Shown here one piece after another: positions 1 through 9,098 of a stretch of 36,326 bases of DNA. Source of the stretch: a virus (lineage: Duplodnaviria; Caudoviricetes); the IMG/VR virus record IMGVR_UViG_3300030372_000758, positions 1 to 36,326 of that record. The stretch is one strand, 5' to 3'. The notes beneath the pieces were generated by a model that worked only from the letters and a program-made list of their open reading frames with translations, did not search any database and was not told the origin of the DNA. The translations under genes were made by a program, and so were the position numbers. Position 1 is the stretch's first letter. Each line of letters starts with the position of its first letter.

Positions 1-316
1 CTGTTACATAAGCTAAACTTGTAGAACTACCACCTTCATTTTGATATACTTCAAAAAAAGTAGAAGTTTTTGTAGCATCATAAGCTGTACTACCATCTCT
101 AAAATTTACTGCTAATCTAACACCTGCTGATGGATGCACATCGTAGTATTTAAAAATATATTCTTTATAGGTACTATCAATATTACTATCAAAAGTTACT
201 GTAGAACTACTTGATGCAGTCTGCGTAGATAATAAAGTCATAGCACCACCAGAAACTGCTGCTGGTAAACTTGTTATTGCAGTCAAGGATTGATTATTGG
301 CTACTTTAATTGCCAT
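1..316 (-). CDS. Tail fibre/receptor-binding-like protein, truncated by the window edge
   Basis: Not in the ORF track; ATG at 316 reads MAIKVANNQSLTAITSLPAAVSGGAMTLLSTQTASSSSTVTFDSNIDSTYKEYIFKYYDVHP, open to base 1; similar to the C-terminal domain of 1809..2555. Confidence 0.8.
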   Translation of the reverse strand, partial: MAIKVANNQSLTAITSLPAAVSGGAMTLLSTQTASSSSTVTFDSNIDSTYKEYIFKYYDVHPSAGVRLAVNFRDGSTAYDATKTSTFFEVYQNEGGSSTSLAYVT

Positions 317-319
317 TGA

Positions 320-646
320 TTACTCCTTCGGATTTGCGTCTTTGATAGACTTTATTCTTGCTTTCCAAGCATCTATATCTTTATAAATTTCGTCTAGCTG
401 ATCGCTTATATCTCCATAAGCTGATCTTCTAGTTCCTCTTATAATAACATTATTTTCTTCTGTTGTTGCAGCAGAGTTATAAGATGCTAATTGATCGTCA
501 TTTGGTTTTGCTAAACCTGAAACATTCCATGTGTGGATATAATCTGTTCCAGTATCATTTTGTAAACGAATATTATTTTGTTCGTCATTCCAATTTTTAG
601 AATTTGCTTCTAAATATAATTTAACTTTTGTATATAATTGTGCCAT
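320..646 (-). CDS. XkdW-like tail fibre assembly/chaperone protein
   Basis: LQND..DYIHTWNVSGLAKP.DDQL motif and C-terminal WKARIKSIKDANPK, directly downstream of a fibre gene. Confidence 0.7.
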   Translation of the reverse strand: MAQLYTKVKLYLEANSKNWNDEQNNIRLQNDTGTDYIHTWNVSGLAKPNDDQLASYNSAATTEENNVIIRGTRRSAYGDISDQLDEIYKDIDAWKARIKSIKDANPKE

Positions 647-1497
647 TATTGAGTTCCTATTAGTTTAAATCCTGAAAAAGCTGTAGCAGCACCAGTTGTA
701 GTTCTATCACTTCCTCTAGTATGATAGGTATTTACTTGAATATAATCTGTAGCAGCAAGTACAATAATTCCAGTTATTCCAAAGGCATAACTAATATTAT
801 CTTTTGGTACTCTTGTAAAATTAACTGTTGTACCATCCTGACTTCCATTTTTAAAAAATGATAATTGTATTTCATCCTCATCATACATACTATCCAATCT
901 TATATTTGCTCTAAAAAAATATTTTCCACCTTGTCCAGCAGGACAAGTAAATTTATTTGTACCATCATAAGCACTATCTGTGTCAAATATTTCTGTCCCA
1001 AAAGTTAATAAAGTATTTGTTGCAGTTGAAATAGTCTGACTGCCAGATGCTACAGCAGAAAAAGCTGGAGTATTACCCAATAAAGAAAAATCTATTCTTT
1101 TTAATGTTCCAGCATCAGATACTAAAAACTCATCAGTTGTAGCTGGAGGTGCTGTTAAAGCAGTTTCTCCAGAAATAATATCCTGTGCTAATTTTGCATT
1201 GGTTACAGTTCCATCGCTTGGAGTTCCAAGATCAAGAACATTACCTAACAAGATTACAAAGTCTATAACATCGCCAGTTGCTAAATTTGATGCAAAAGTA
1301 AGTGTTGAACCAGAAACAGTAAATGAAGTAACTGGTGCTTGTAAAATTCCGTTCAGCGACACAAGCATGTGTGACGAACTCTCAGGAACTACATTTGTAG
1401 AACTTACTTGTAGTGTGTATGCTGCTTGTCCATTAACAACAGTAATTGCATCACACTTTTGAAAGTTTCCTACTATTGGTTCTTTTCCTATATACAT
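646..1497 (-). CDS. Tail fibre protein with C-terminal C1q-like domain
   Basis: PAFSA...LTFGTEIFDTDSAYD..NKFTCP..GKYFF...DYIQV...FSGFKL matches the C1q/TNF-like pattern. Confidence 0.75.
   Translation of the reverse strand: MYIGKEPIVGNFQKCDAITVVNGQAAYTLQVSSTNVVPESSSHMLVSLNGILQAPVTSFTVSGSTLTFASNLATGDVIDFVILLGNVLDLGTPSDGTVTNAKLAQDIISGETALTAPPATTDEFLVSDAGTLKRIDFSLLGNTPAFSAVASGSQTISTATNTLLTFGTEIFDTDSAYDGTNKFTCPAGQGGKYFFRANIRLDSMYDEDEIQLSFFKNGSQDGTTVNFTRVPKDNISYAFGITGIIVLAATDYIQVNTYHTRGSDRTTTGAATAFSGFKLIGTQ
1081..1206 (-). repeat. 42-codon tail-fibre module, copy 1 (copy 2 at 2364..2489)
   Basis: VTNAKLAQDIISGETALTAPPATTDEFLVSDAGTLKRIDFSL vs ITNAKLAQDIISGDTALAATPADTDELLISDAGVLKRLDFSL. Confidence 0.9.
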
Positions 1498-1500
1498 ATA

Positions 1501-1809
1501 TTAATCTCCTGGTTTTGTTGGAAATTCTTTTGCTTTTATTTTCTCAACTGTATCTAATCCAGATGGTAAATCTCTTAATTCTTGCCTATAAGTTTTCCAA
1601 TTATCACTCATAGTTACATCAGAGTTAGCCATCCAATCTGTTTCAGCTAAAAGTTTATTTCTTTTATCTCTTAAATTTCCTATAGCAATATCAAATTCAC
1701 TTGGAGTTGATGCCAAATAATCTTGTTCTTCTTTTAATTTTAATGCTTCTTCTTCAGGTGTCATGTCAACAATTTGACTGCCTTGTCTTGTAACTATTAA
1801 TTTTTTCAT
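1501..1809 (-). CDS. Phage tail assembly chaperone
   Basis: LRDKRNKLLAETDW...WKTYRQELRDLP signature. Confidence 0.85.
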   Translation of the reverse strand: MKKLIVTRQGSQIVDMTPEEEALKLKEEQDYLASTPSEFDIAIGNLRDKRNKLLAETDWMANSDVTMSDNWKTYRQELRDLPSGLDTVEKIKAKEFPTKPGD

Positions 1810-2555
1810 TATGTATTTCTCACTCCAAATAATGTAAATTCACCTTTGGCTATATTTCCTGTGCTTGGAATTACTTGAACATAATTAGTATCAACAGCAA
1901 CTTCATAACTTCCATGAAAATGCCATGTTCCAAAATATCCTCCAGTATTTTCTGCATAGAAAAATCCATAAACTGCTGGTTTATAAGAAGAACCTACATT
2001 TCCTTTTCTATAAAAATGAACTTCACCAAACATTGGTCTTGATGTATTATCAAAATCCATATTTTGTCCCATGCTAATATGTCCAGCACTTGTACTAGCA
2101 GCAGAAACAAGTGTTGATGAATTATCTGGTTTATATTTAAAAAGTTGGAACATATAATCTGCTGTTTTAATATCAGATGAATCAGATACTCCAATTCTAA
2201 ATTTTAATTCTCCATTAGCACCATCGCCTAAAAAATTTGCTATATAAAGTATATAGTGTGAGTAATTGTTAAAGGTACTATCGTTGTTATGGTTAACATC
2301 AAAAGTAACAGAACCAACATCACTTGATACTGCTGTTGATGCTAATTTATCCATACCTCTAGTTAAAGAAAAATCTAATCTTTTTAATACACCAGCATCA
2401 GAAATTAATAATTCATCTGTATCTGCTGGTGTTGCAGCTAAAGCTGTATCTCCAGAAATTATATCTTGTGCTAATTTAGCATTTGTAATTATTCCATCTG
2501 CTACATCGCTAGAAGTTAAAGGTGCTGCTGTTGGTTTTTTACCTATAAAAGCCAT
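1809..2555 (-). CDS. Tail fibre/receptor-binding-like protein
   Basis: Shares its N-terminal module with 646..1497, beta-rich C-terminus ending FTLFGV, followed by a chaperone gene. Confidence 0.7.
   Translation of the reverse strand: MAFIGKKPTAAPLTSSDVADGIITNAKLAQDIISGDTALAATPADTDELLISDAGVLKRLDFSLTRGMDKLASTAVSSDVGSVTFDVNHNNDSTFNNYSHYILYIANFLGDGANGELKFRIGVSDSSDIKTADYMFQLFKYKPDNSSTLVSAASTSAGHISMGQNMDFDNTSRPMFGEVHFYRKGNVGSSYKPAVYGFFYAENTGGYFGTWHFHGSYEVAVDTNYVQVIPSTGNIAKGEFTLFGVRNT
2364..2489 (-). repeat. 42-codon tail-fibre module, copy 2
   Basis: Protein and DNA similarity to 1081..1206. Confidence 0.9.
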
Positions 2556-2556
2556 C

Positions 2557-2922
2557 TTATGTTATCTCCATTATAGACAATGTTCCTGAAACTTTATCAG
2601 CTACAGAACAATCTATTTTAATTTCATCTGTAGTTTCTAAAACTACTTTTCCTCCAGATAAAAGTTCTAATGAACTTCCAGCTGGTATAGTTACATCTTT
2701 CACTAAAAATGATGTTCCGTTTGCTACATTATTTGCGCCACCTCTGTTTGCTGTATCACTAACTAATTCTACCTCAACTGTTACTGCTGAAGAATGAATA
2801 TTAGTTAGGATTAAACCAAGTACAACTGTAGTCGTACTTCCAGCAACCGTATACATTTTATAAGGTGTGCCAGCCGATGCTGGTTCTGCTGCAAAAGTAA
2901 CTGTCTTAAAAGTATTTGCCAT
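2557..2922 (-). CDS. Small tail-associated structural protein
   Basis: 121 aa, beta-rich, RBS AGGAGG, between fibre genes. Confidence 0.6.
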   Translation of the reverse strand: MANTFKTVTFAAEPASAGTPYKMYTVAGSTTTVVLGLILTNIHSSAVTVEVELVSDTANRGGANNVANGTSFLVKDVTIPAGSSLELLSGGKVVLETTDEIKIDCSVADKVSGTLSIMEIT

Positions 2923-2935
2923 TTATATCCTCCTA

Positions 2936-5176
2936 TTATCCTAATGCGATTGCTAGAGCTGTCGGATCGTCTAAAGTACAAGCTATCGTAACTGTATCTG
3001 TAGAACTTCCAGTAGTCGTAATATTCGCACCAGCCGCTATCGTTAAAGTATTACCGTTAGTTATTGTTTGTGAAGAACCAGATGAGCCAGCAACGGTAAA
3101 GCTAGTCATTGCTCCGTCATTTCCAGAAAAACTAAAATGTACTCCAACGCCATCAGTATTTGAAAATGATCCGTTAGATACAACATGAGTTACTGGAACT
3201 TTTGTATAGCCAGAGGCATCTGTAACAGCACCGCTAACTTTAAAAATTGCATAAGTAGATGGTGTTCCTTCTTTAGTTACAGTTACAATTCCTCTTGCTG
3301 TTGTGTTGGTTACATCATCCCAAGATTGAACAAATCCAGAAATATCAGCAGAGGCATCGTCTGCATCATCTACATATAAAATTGAAACACTAGATAGAGT
3401 TCCATTATTGAAAGCTATTTTTCCCGCACCTGGGTCAGCATCACTCGTTGAAGAACTCCAAGTCATAGCCAGTTGAGAGTTTGTTCCCGATGCTCCTGTA
3501 CTTCCTGTTGAACCAGTAGCTCCAGTTGAACCAGTAGCACCCGTTGATCCTGTGTCTCCTTTATATCCGCTTTGCGTAAAATGAATTGATAAAGTATCAC
3601 CAGCAGAAAAAGTATTATTGGATGCTAAATGCGTAACAGCTAATTTTACATAACCGCTAGCATCTGTTGAAGCTCCAGTAATTTTAAATCTTGCATAAGT
3701 TGTTGGATCGTCTGTATCAACTATGTGTAAGTATCCTCTAATGGTTGAGGTACTATCATCCCAAACTAATACATCCGCAGATACATCGACACCATTTGCA
3801 TCGTTATCATCAATATAAATTGCTGTAGCAGATGCGTATGTTCCATTATTAAATCTTACTTCCCCACTTCCTGGGTCGGCATCACTCGTACCATTATCAA
3901 AAGTGTAAGAGTATCCAGGAATAGCTCCGTCATTACCAGATTGGGTAAAGTGAACTGAAAGATCATCTCCAGCTGAAAATGTATTACTAGAGGCAACATG
4001 AGCTACAGCTAATTTGTTATAACCAGATGCGTCTGTAGTTGCTCCATTTACTTTAAATTTTGCGTAAGTAGTTTTATCGTTTATATCAACAATTTGTAAA
4101 AATCCTTTTGTACCAGCACTTGATGAACCCCAAGTTAAAGTATCAGCATTGGTAGCTGCTCCGTGTTGGTCTGCGTCATCTATATAAATTGCTGTTGCAC
4201 TAGCATAAGTACCATTGTTTATTGCAAGTTCCCCCGCTCCTGGATCTGTGTCAGATGTACCACTATCAAATTTATAAAAGTATCCAGCACTAACTCCATC
4301 TTCTCCAGATGATGTAAAAGATAAAAATATTTCATCATCATTGGCAAAAGTTCCAGAACTATCAATGTAAGTTAAAGGAATTTTAGTATAACCACTTGCA
4401 TCAGTAACGGCTCCACTAACTTTAAATACCATCCAAGTATCTAAAGTATTTGCTTTTGATATTCTAATTCTTCCTCTGTTAGTTGGGTTTGCTACAACAT
4501 CGTCAAAACTTTGTACCCACGCAGAAACATCCGTAGCATTTATTTCAGCATCATCTATGTAAGCAATCGTTGCAGAAGAAATAGTTGCGTTATTTAATCT
4601 TATGTAACCAGTTCCAGGGTCGCTGTCTGTAGTTGTTGTTGAATATTTAAACTGTGCGCTGTCTCCACCAGCTGGCAAGAAGTCTGCAACTGTTGTTAAG
4701 TTTCCAGAACTGTCAAATCCTAAAGTTTTACTAGCTCTGTCTGTTGCGCTATCTGTAAATTCAGCAGATGAAATTGTATTTGATCTTGAAACTTTAAATG
4801 ATCTTCCTAATTCTTCTTGAACCTCTTGAACTTGCATTGTTAGTTTATCTAATGCGTCTTCGTGAGTTTCAGCTGGGAATGGATCGTTTGCTACATAATC
4901 TGTTTCTTGGGTTAAATTAGTATTTCTTAAAATAACTAAAGTAGTTCCCGCAGCTGGTGCCGTAACCATAGTTACTGTTCCACCGCTAGCTCCATTGTCA
5001 ACTATTGAATAGTTGGTAGAACCAGATCCTTCTGATTTAACTGTTTCTGTTCCAGTAGCCGATCTTTCAATTACTGTTATTTCAGATGTAGAATTTATAG
5101 GAAAAGTATAGGCAAAAGCTGTTGTTGAGCCATTACCAGAATAACTATTCCTTAATGTAGTTGTACTTATTGTCAT
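2936..5176 (-). CDS. Main tail fibre (T7 gp17-like N-terminal anchor, four ~120-aa repeats, short collagen-like stretch)
   Basis: N-terminal YSGNGSTTAFAYTFPI...HEDALDKLTM; four SD.DPG.G...YIDD...TDASGY.K repeats; (G-X-T)n linker. Confidence 0.85.
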   Translation of the reverse strand: MTISTTTLRNSYSGNGSTTAFAYTFPINSTSEITVIERSATGTETVKSEGSGSTNYSIVDNGASGGTVTMVTAPAAGTTLVILRNTNLTQETDYVANDPFPAETHEDALDKLTMQVQEVQEELGRSFKVSRSNTISSAEFTDSATDRASKTLGFDSSGNLTTVADFLPAGGDSAQFKYSTTTTDSDPGTGYIRLNNATISSATIAYIDDAEINATDVSAWVQSFDDVVANPTNRGRIRISKANTLDTWMVFKVSGAVTDASGYTKIPLTYIDSSGTFANDDEIFLSFTSSGEDGVSAGYFYKFDSGTSDTDPGAGELAINNGTYASATAIYIDDADQHGAATNADTLTWGSSSAGTKGFLQIVDINDKTTYAKFKVNGATTDASGYNKLAVAHVASSNTFSAGDDLSVHFTQSGNDGAIPGYSYTFDNGTSDADPGSGEVRFNNGTYASATAIYIDDNDANGVDVSADVLVWDDSTSTIRGYLHIVDTDDPTTYARFKITGASTDASGYVKLAVTHLASNNTFSAGDTLSIHFTQSGYKGDTGSTGATGSTGATGSTGSTGASGTNSQLAMTWSSSTSDADPGAGKIAFNNGTLSSVSILYVDDADDASADISGFVQSWDDVTNTTARGIVTVTKEGTPSTYAIFKVSGAVTDASGYTKVPVTHVVSNGSFSNTDGVGVHFSFSGNDGAMTSFTVAGSSGSSQTITNGNTLTIAAGANITTTGSSTDTVTIACTLDDPTALAIALG

Positions 5177-5241
5177 AATTTTTATATTTAGGTTGTGAGA
5201 AAGTGATTTGTAGGTACTAAAAACCTACACTATGTTTCTCT

Positions 5242-5269
5242 TTATTAAAATTTGTCCATAGTGTCTATA
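5242..5269 (-). promoter_or_regulatory. Putative late promoter upstream of the tail-fibre genes (copy of 24971..24998)
   Basis: TATAGACACTATGGACAAATTTTAATAA; TAGACA-17 nt-TAAAGA; 24/28 identical to the motif at 24971..24998. Confidence 0.6.
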
Positions 5270-5274
5270 CTTTT

Positions 5275-7728
5275 TTATGGGGTTAAAAAATATTTTGACC
5301 CTTGATTTTTATAGGCTTTTCGTCTCATTTTTCTAAAGTATCCTGGGTCTAAAAATTCTTTTATTTGGTAGCCAATTAAATAATCATAAGCTGCCTTTGT
5401 ATAAAATAAGTTTAAAAATGGTACGTTACCTTCAAGGATTGAATAATTGGATTTACCAAATTTCTTCATATCTCCATTAATTAAATGTGTAAATGATGCT
5501 AAAAATTTAGATAGATCAGCAAATGCTGGTCCCATAGCTGTCTCTTGCAAAGAACCACCATAACCATTTTTTAATTCTGAATATAAAAAATCTCCATAAA
5601 TACCCATTCCACCGCCTTGAACAAAAGCAGCACCCCAATTTTCTAATTTACTCATATCTCTTGGAGATTTACCTTTTAATAAATCTTTAACTGTCATTGA
5701 AAGATAACCCATCATAGTTCCAAAAATAATTGTAGATGCTAAACCAGCTGCTCTATTTCTACCTACACTTTCGTTAGCTGGATTATAACCTCTCCACTCT
5801 CTTCCAATAACTTTTTGATAAATAGCAACTGGAAAAGATTTAAACTGTGTAAATAATCTCATTAACTCCCCTTCCCAAGTTCCTCTTTTCCAACCTCTAT
5901 TTAATGTAGCTCTAACTGCGGCATCTGGTTCTGGTGTACCGTGCATAGCTCTATCTAATAAAAGGTTTCTATAAGAAATATGTAAATCTTGTCTAAAATT
6001 ATCAGCTTCTCTTTTTGATACTTTTCTACCTAAATAACTATCAATACTTTCAATAGATATTTCATCTATTTTTTCTGCTGTAATATATGTTTTACCATCT
6101 GCCTCTAATGCAGAAATAGATCTTAACATATCCCATTTACCGGTATCAAAACCATACATGGTTAAAATGTTTTGTTCTCTAGCTGAAAGTTTGTCAAATG
6201 TTAATGATCTTTTCATTCCATATAATCTAGCAACACCAACTGTCATTGCTGATTTTAAATTTGAAACCCACCAGTTCAAAGCATTTAATTGATAAAATTT
6301 ATTTGACAGAGATGCAAACTTACCCGTCATATCTCCTCTACCAGAAAATTTTTGATTCATAACTCCAATAGTAGTATTACTCATTACTCCTAAAACATCT
6401 AAAGCAGCTTTATTTCTACTTATACCAGTAAGTTGACCCAAAGCCTCTGCTAAACCATTAAATAAACCTCTACCTTGGAACCTACTTTCTGTCATATAAG
6501 TAGCAAGATCGGCAAATGATGAAATAGTTGCAAATCCTAGTTTACCAGTACCTTGTAAAAAACGAAGAGCCATACCAATTTTAGCACCCGTTGCATTATC
6601 AACTTGGTAAACTGAACCATCTACTTCCATAAATTCATTTTTAAATTTTTCAAACTTAAACTTTCCATCTAATTTAGGATTTATCTTTGCAAAATGAACT
6701 TCTAAAATTTTTAACATTCTTTCAAAGTTTGCTTTAGGTTTAGTACCTAAACTATTCATTATACCAATATTTCTTGCTGATAATTGTAAACCGTGTACTA
6801 CACTTTCTCTTAATCTTGGATTGCCAAATTGTTGATCGTACTTAAATCTGGCATCGGCATTTTTAAAATGTAATACTCTGCCTTCACTTAATTTTTTTGC
6901 AATACTTTGAGAACCATAAACTGCATCTAAACCATCATTTTTAAAAAAAACACCCGATCTTAATTTAAGCCACATATCATCTAAAATTTCATCAATGTTT
7001 TTTGCGCCACCAAAAGTTCTTTCTAAATCTAATAATGGTTTTATAATTTCTCTCCAAGCTGATTGATGTTGTTTCCAATCAGTTACAGTTCGACCAGCTG
7101 CTCCAATTAATTTATCTGGATCATGGTATTGTCTTGTAATCCAATCATCTAGTTTCCCAATGTTAGCACCTAAATTATTTAAAATTGTTCTAACATGTTC
7201 ATTATGTTTTTTAACAATTTCTGCGATAACTTTTGCATCTTTAACTCCAGTATTTTCTCCAGCTAACTCTCGATAAACCTCAATATCTAATTTACCATTT
7301 TGAAAAGCATCTAAAGCATTACCTCCAGCTTTTTTTAAATCGGTAAATAAGTTAGTCATAAACTCTTCTTCTAAACCAGCTTGATCGTTACCTATAGATC
7401 TTCTGGAACCTTTACCAAAATCTTGAATACCTACTAACATTGCTCTTATTCCTTTAATTGGATCTTTAGACCAACTATCTATTATATGATTTGATCTTTC
7501 TAAAATTTTAATAGTATCATTTGCTAAATTTCTTTTATTAATTGCTTGTTCTATTTCTATTTCATCAATAACTTTTTGTGCAAGTTTACTTTCTTCAATG
7601 TTAGCTTTTTTTAATGCTTGTTCAGCTGCTAAATTAGATTTAACTCTAGTTAAAACATTATTAACCTCTTCATCTGTTAATAAATCTTTTATAACTCTTT
7701 TAACTTCAATTAAACATTTATCCGCCAT
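5275..7728 (-). CDS. Large internal virion (ejection) protein
   Basis: 817 aa, helical with hydrophobic C-terminal segments, last of the core-protein genes before the fibre. Confidence 0.7.
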   Translation of the reverse strand: MADKCLIEVKRVIKDLLTDEEVNNVLTRVKSNLAAEQALKKANIEESKLAQKVIDEIEIEQAINKRNLANDTIKILERSNHIIDSWSKDPIKGIRAMLVGIQDFGKGSRRSIGNDQAGLEEEFMTNLFTDLKKAGGNALDAFQNGKLDIEVYRELAGENTGVKDAKVIAEIVKKHNEHVRTILNNLGANIGKLDDWITRQYHDPDKLIGAAGRTVTDWKQHQSAWREIIKPLLDLERTFGGAKNIDEILDDMWLKLRSGVFFKNDGLDAVYGSQSIAKKLSEGRVLHFKNADARFKYDQQFGNPRLRESVVHGLQLSARNIGIMNSLGTKPKANFERMLKILEVHFAKINPKLDGKFKFEKFKNEFMEVDGSVYQVDNATGAKIGMALRFLQGTGKLGFATISSFADLATYMTESRFQGRGLFNGLAEALGQLTGISRNKAALDVLGVMSNTTIGVMNQKFSGRGDMTGKFASLSNKFYQLNALNWWVSNLKSAMTVGVARLYGMKRSLTFDKLSAREQNILTMYGFDTGKWDMLRSISALEADGKTYITAEKIDEISIESIDSYLGRKVSKREADNFRQDLHISYRNLLLDRAMHGTPEPDAAVRATLNRGWKRGTWEGELMRLFTQFKSFPVAIYQKVIGREWRGYNPANESVGRNRAAGLASTIIFGTMMGYLSMTVKDLLKGKSPRDMSKLENWGAAFVQGGGMGIYGDFLYSELKNGYGGSLQETAMGPAFADLSKFLASFTHLINGDMKKFGKSNYSILEGNVPFLNLFYTKAAYDYLIGYQIKEFLDPGYFRKMRRKAYKNQGSKYFLTP

Positions 7729-9098
7729 TAAGATCTCCTAATTACACAGTTGACGGCAGCTTTTATTCCATCTCTAATTTTATTTTTATTTTGTATTTTA
7801 TTGTCTATACTTTCCATAGCTTTAGTATTTGCTGCAACATCAGCACTAGCAGCTTCATTATCTAATTGTTTTTCTAAATCTTTTGCTCTTAATGCTAAAT
7901 TTTGTGCATCTAGTTCTTCTGCTTGAACTGTTTTATTTTCAATAATAGGTTCTGTTTTATTTGGATTTACTCCAACATCATCTCTACTTAATTCTGTACT
8001 CTTAACTTTACTCGCAACTTTATTTTCGTTTACAATCTTTTCAACAACTGCTTTTTCTTTTGCTTCTAAATCTTTTAATTGTTTTTTTAACTCTTTAATT
8101 TTTTTTAAGGTACTAATATATTTTAATTTTCTTTTAGGATCTAATTTTTCTAAAGCCTGTATTTTTTGTTTAATATCTTGAATTTTTCCAAATAGTTTTA
8201 CACCTTCCTCATTTAATTCTTTTCTTGAATTAACTAATGATTTTTTAAGTTCAGCTTTTGTATTATCTATTTCAATTAAAGTGTCATTATTTAATCTTGA
8301 ATTTTGAACTACCTCGCCAACATTAACAGCTTCATCATTCGCTGCTTTAGTTACTGCGTGTCTAAATAAATCTTCTTTTAAATGAGGATGTGATTTGGCA
8401 AGTCTTTGGTAGATATTATCTTTTCCTCTAACACTTGCTAGAGCGTCTCCTATTTTACCAAAACCAAGGTGCATACCAGAACCAAGAATAGTTCCAGCAG
8501 TTAAATTTAAAATAGTATCTTGATAAGTATAGTCTGCTTGTTCAGATTTTGCGACACCATAAACAATAGGCTCAACTAAAGTATTACCAACAAAACCTTC
8601 TACAGCACCTTTTGCTAATCTTGCTCTTGTTGCTCCAAATCTAGCCGCCCAGGCAGCAAATCTTGCTTCTCTAACAATCGGTATAAAAGATGCTGCAATA
8701 TTTATTGGATCAGTAAATGATGTAACTAAACCAGCTCCTAAATAAACAGCTTTTGATGCTAAATTTTGTGGAGCTTTAGCAAGTTTAGCTGCTCTATGTT
8801 GTTCAATTTTTTTTCTTTGAACTATGTAATCTACTACACCTTTTCTAGTATCCTTTTCAAAGAATAAACCCATATCTGAATATTTTTTATTTAATTCTTC
8901 TTTAGGAATAACCTCATCACTAAAATTGTAAGCCTCTTGTTTTTCAAATGCTCTAAATAAAGATGATGTTGGGTTAAAGTTCCAGGCTTGATAAGCAGAT
9001 GTTTTAGTTGCCTCCCATAAACCTACGTTAGCTGTTTGTGCAGCAGTATTAATAACATGATCTGGTAATTTAAAAGTATTAAATTTTAAATTTAACAT
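7728..9098 (-). CDS. Internal virion protein
   Basis: 456 aa, Ala/Gly-rich hydrophobic segment (FTDPINIAASFIP) plus coiled coil; synteny. Confidence 0.65.
   Translation of the reverse strand: MLNLKFNTFKLPDHVINTAAQTANVGLWEATKTSAYQAWNFNPTSSLFRAFEKQEAYNFSDEVIPKEELNKKYSDMGLFFEKDTRKGVVDYIVQRKKIEQHRAAKLAKAPQNLASKAVYLGAGLVTSFTDPINIAASFIPIVREARFAAWAARFGATRARLAKGAVEGFVGNTLVEPIVYGVAKSEQADYTYQDTILNLTAGTILGSGMHLGFGKIGDALASVRGKDNIYQRLAKSHPHLKEDLFRHAVTKAANDEAVNVGEVVQNSRLNNDTLIEIDNTKAELKKSLVNSRKELNEEGVKLFGKIQDIKQKIQALEKLDPKRKLKYISTLKKIKELKKQLKDLEAKEKAVVEKIVNENKVASKVKSTELSRDDVGVNPNKTEPIIENKTVQAEELDAQNLALRAKDLEKQLDNEAASADVAANTKAMESIDNKIQNKNKIRDGIKAAVNCVIRRS

Noticed and set aside
1-2555. Diversity-generating retroelement (BPP-1-like virion and repeated fibre segments)
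   Set aside because: No reverse transcriptase in the window, and the repeat differences are not adenine-specific
1199-3379. Plus-strand ORFs 1199..1462, 2266..2589, 2916..3188, 3185..3379 and nested minus ORF 1994..2194
   Set aside because: Antisense or alternate-frame shadows of well-supported tail genes; no RBS or motifs
3485-3560. 9/18-bp DNA tandem repeat as a regulatory or contingency locus
   Set aside because: In-frame Gly-X-Thr collagen-like coding repeat
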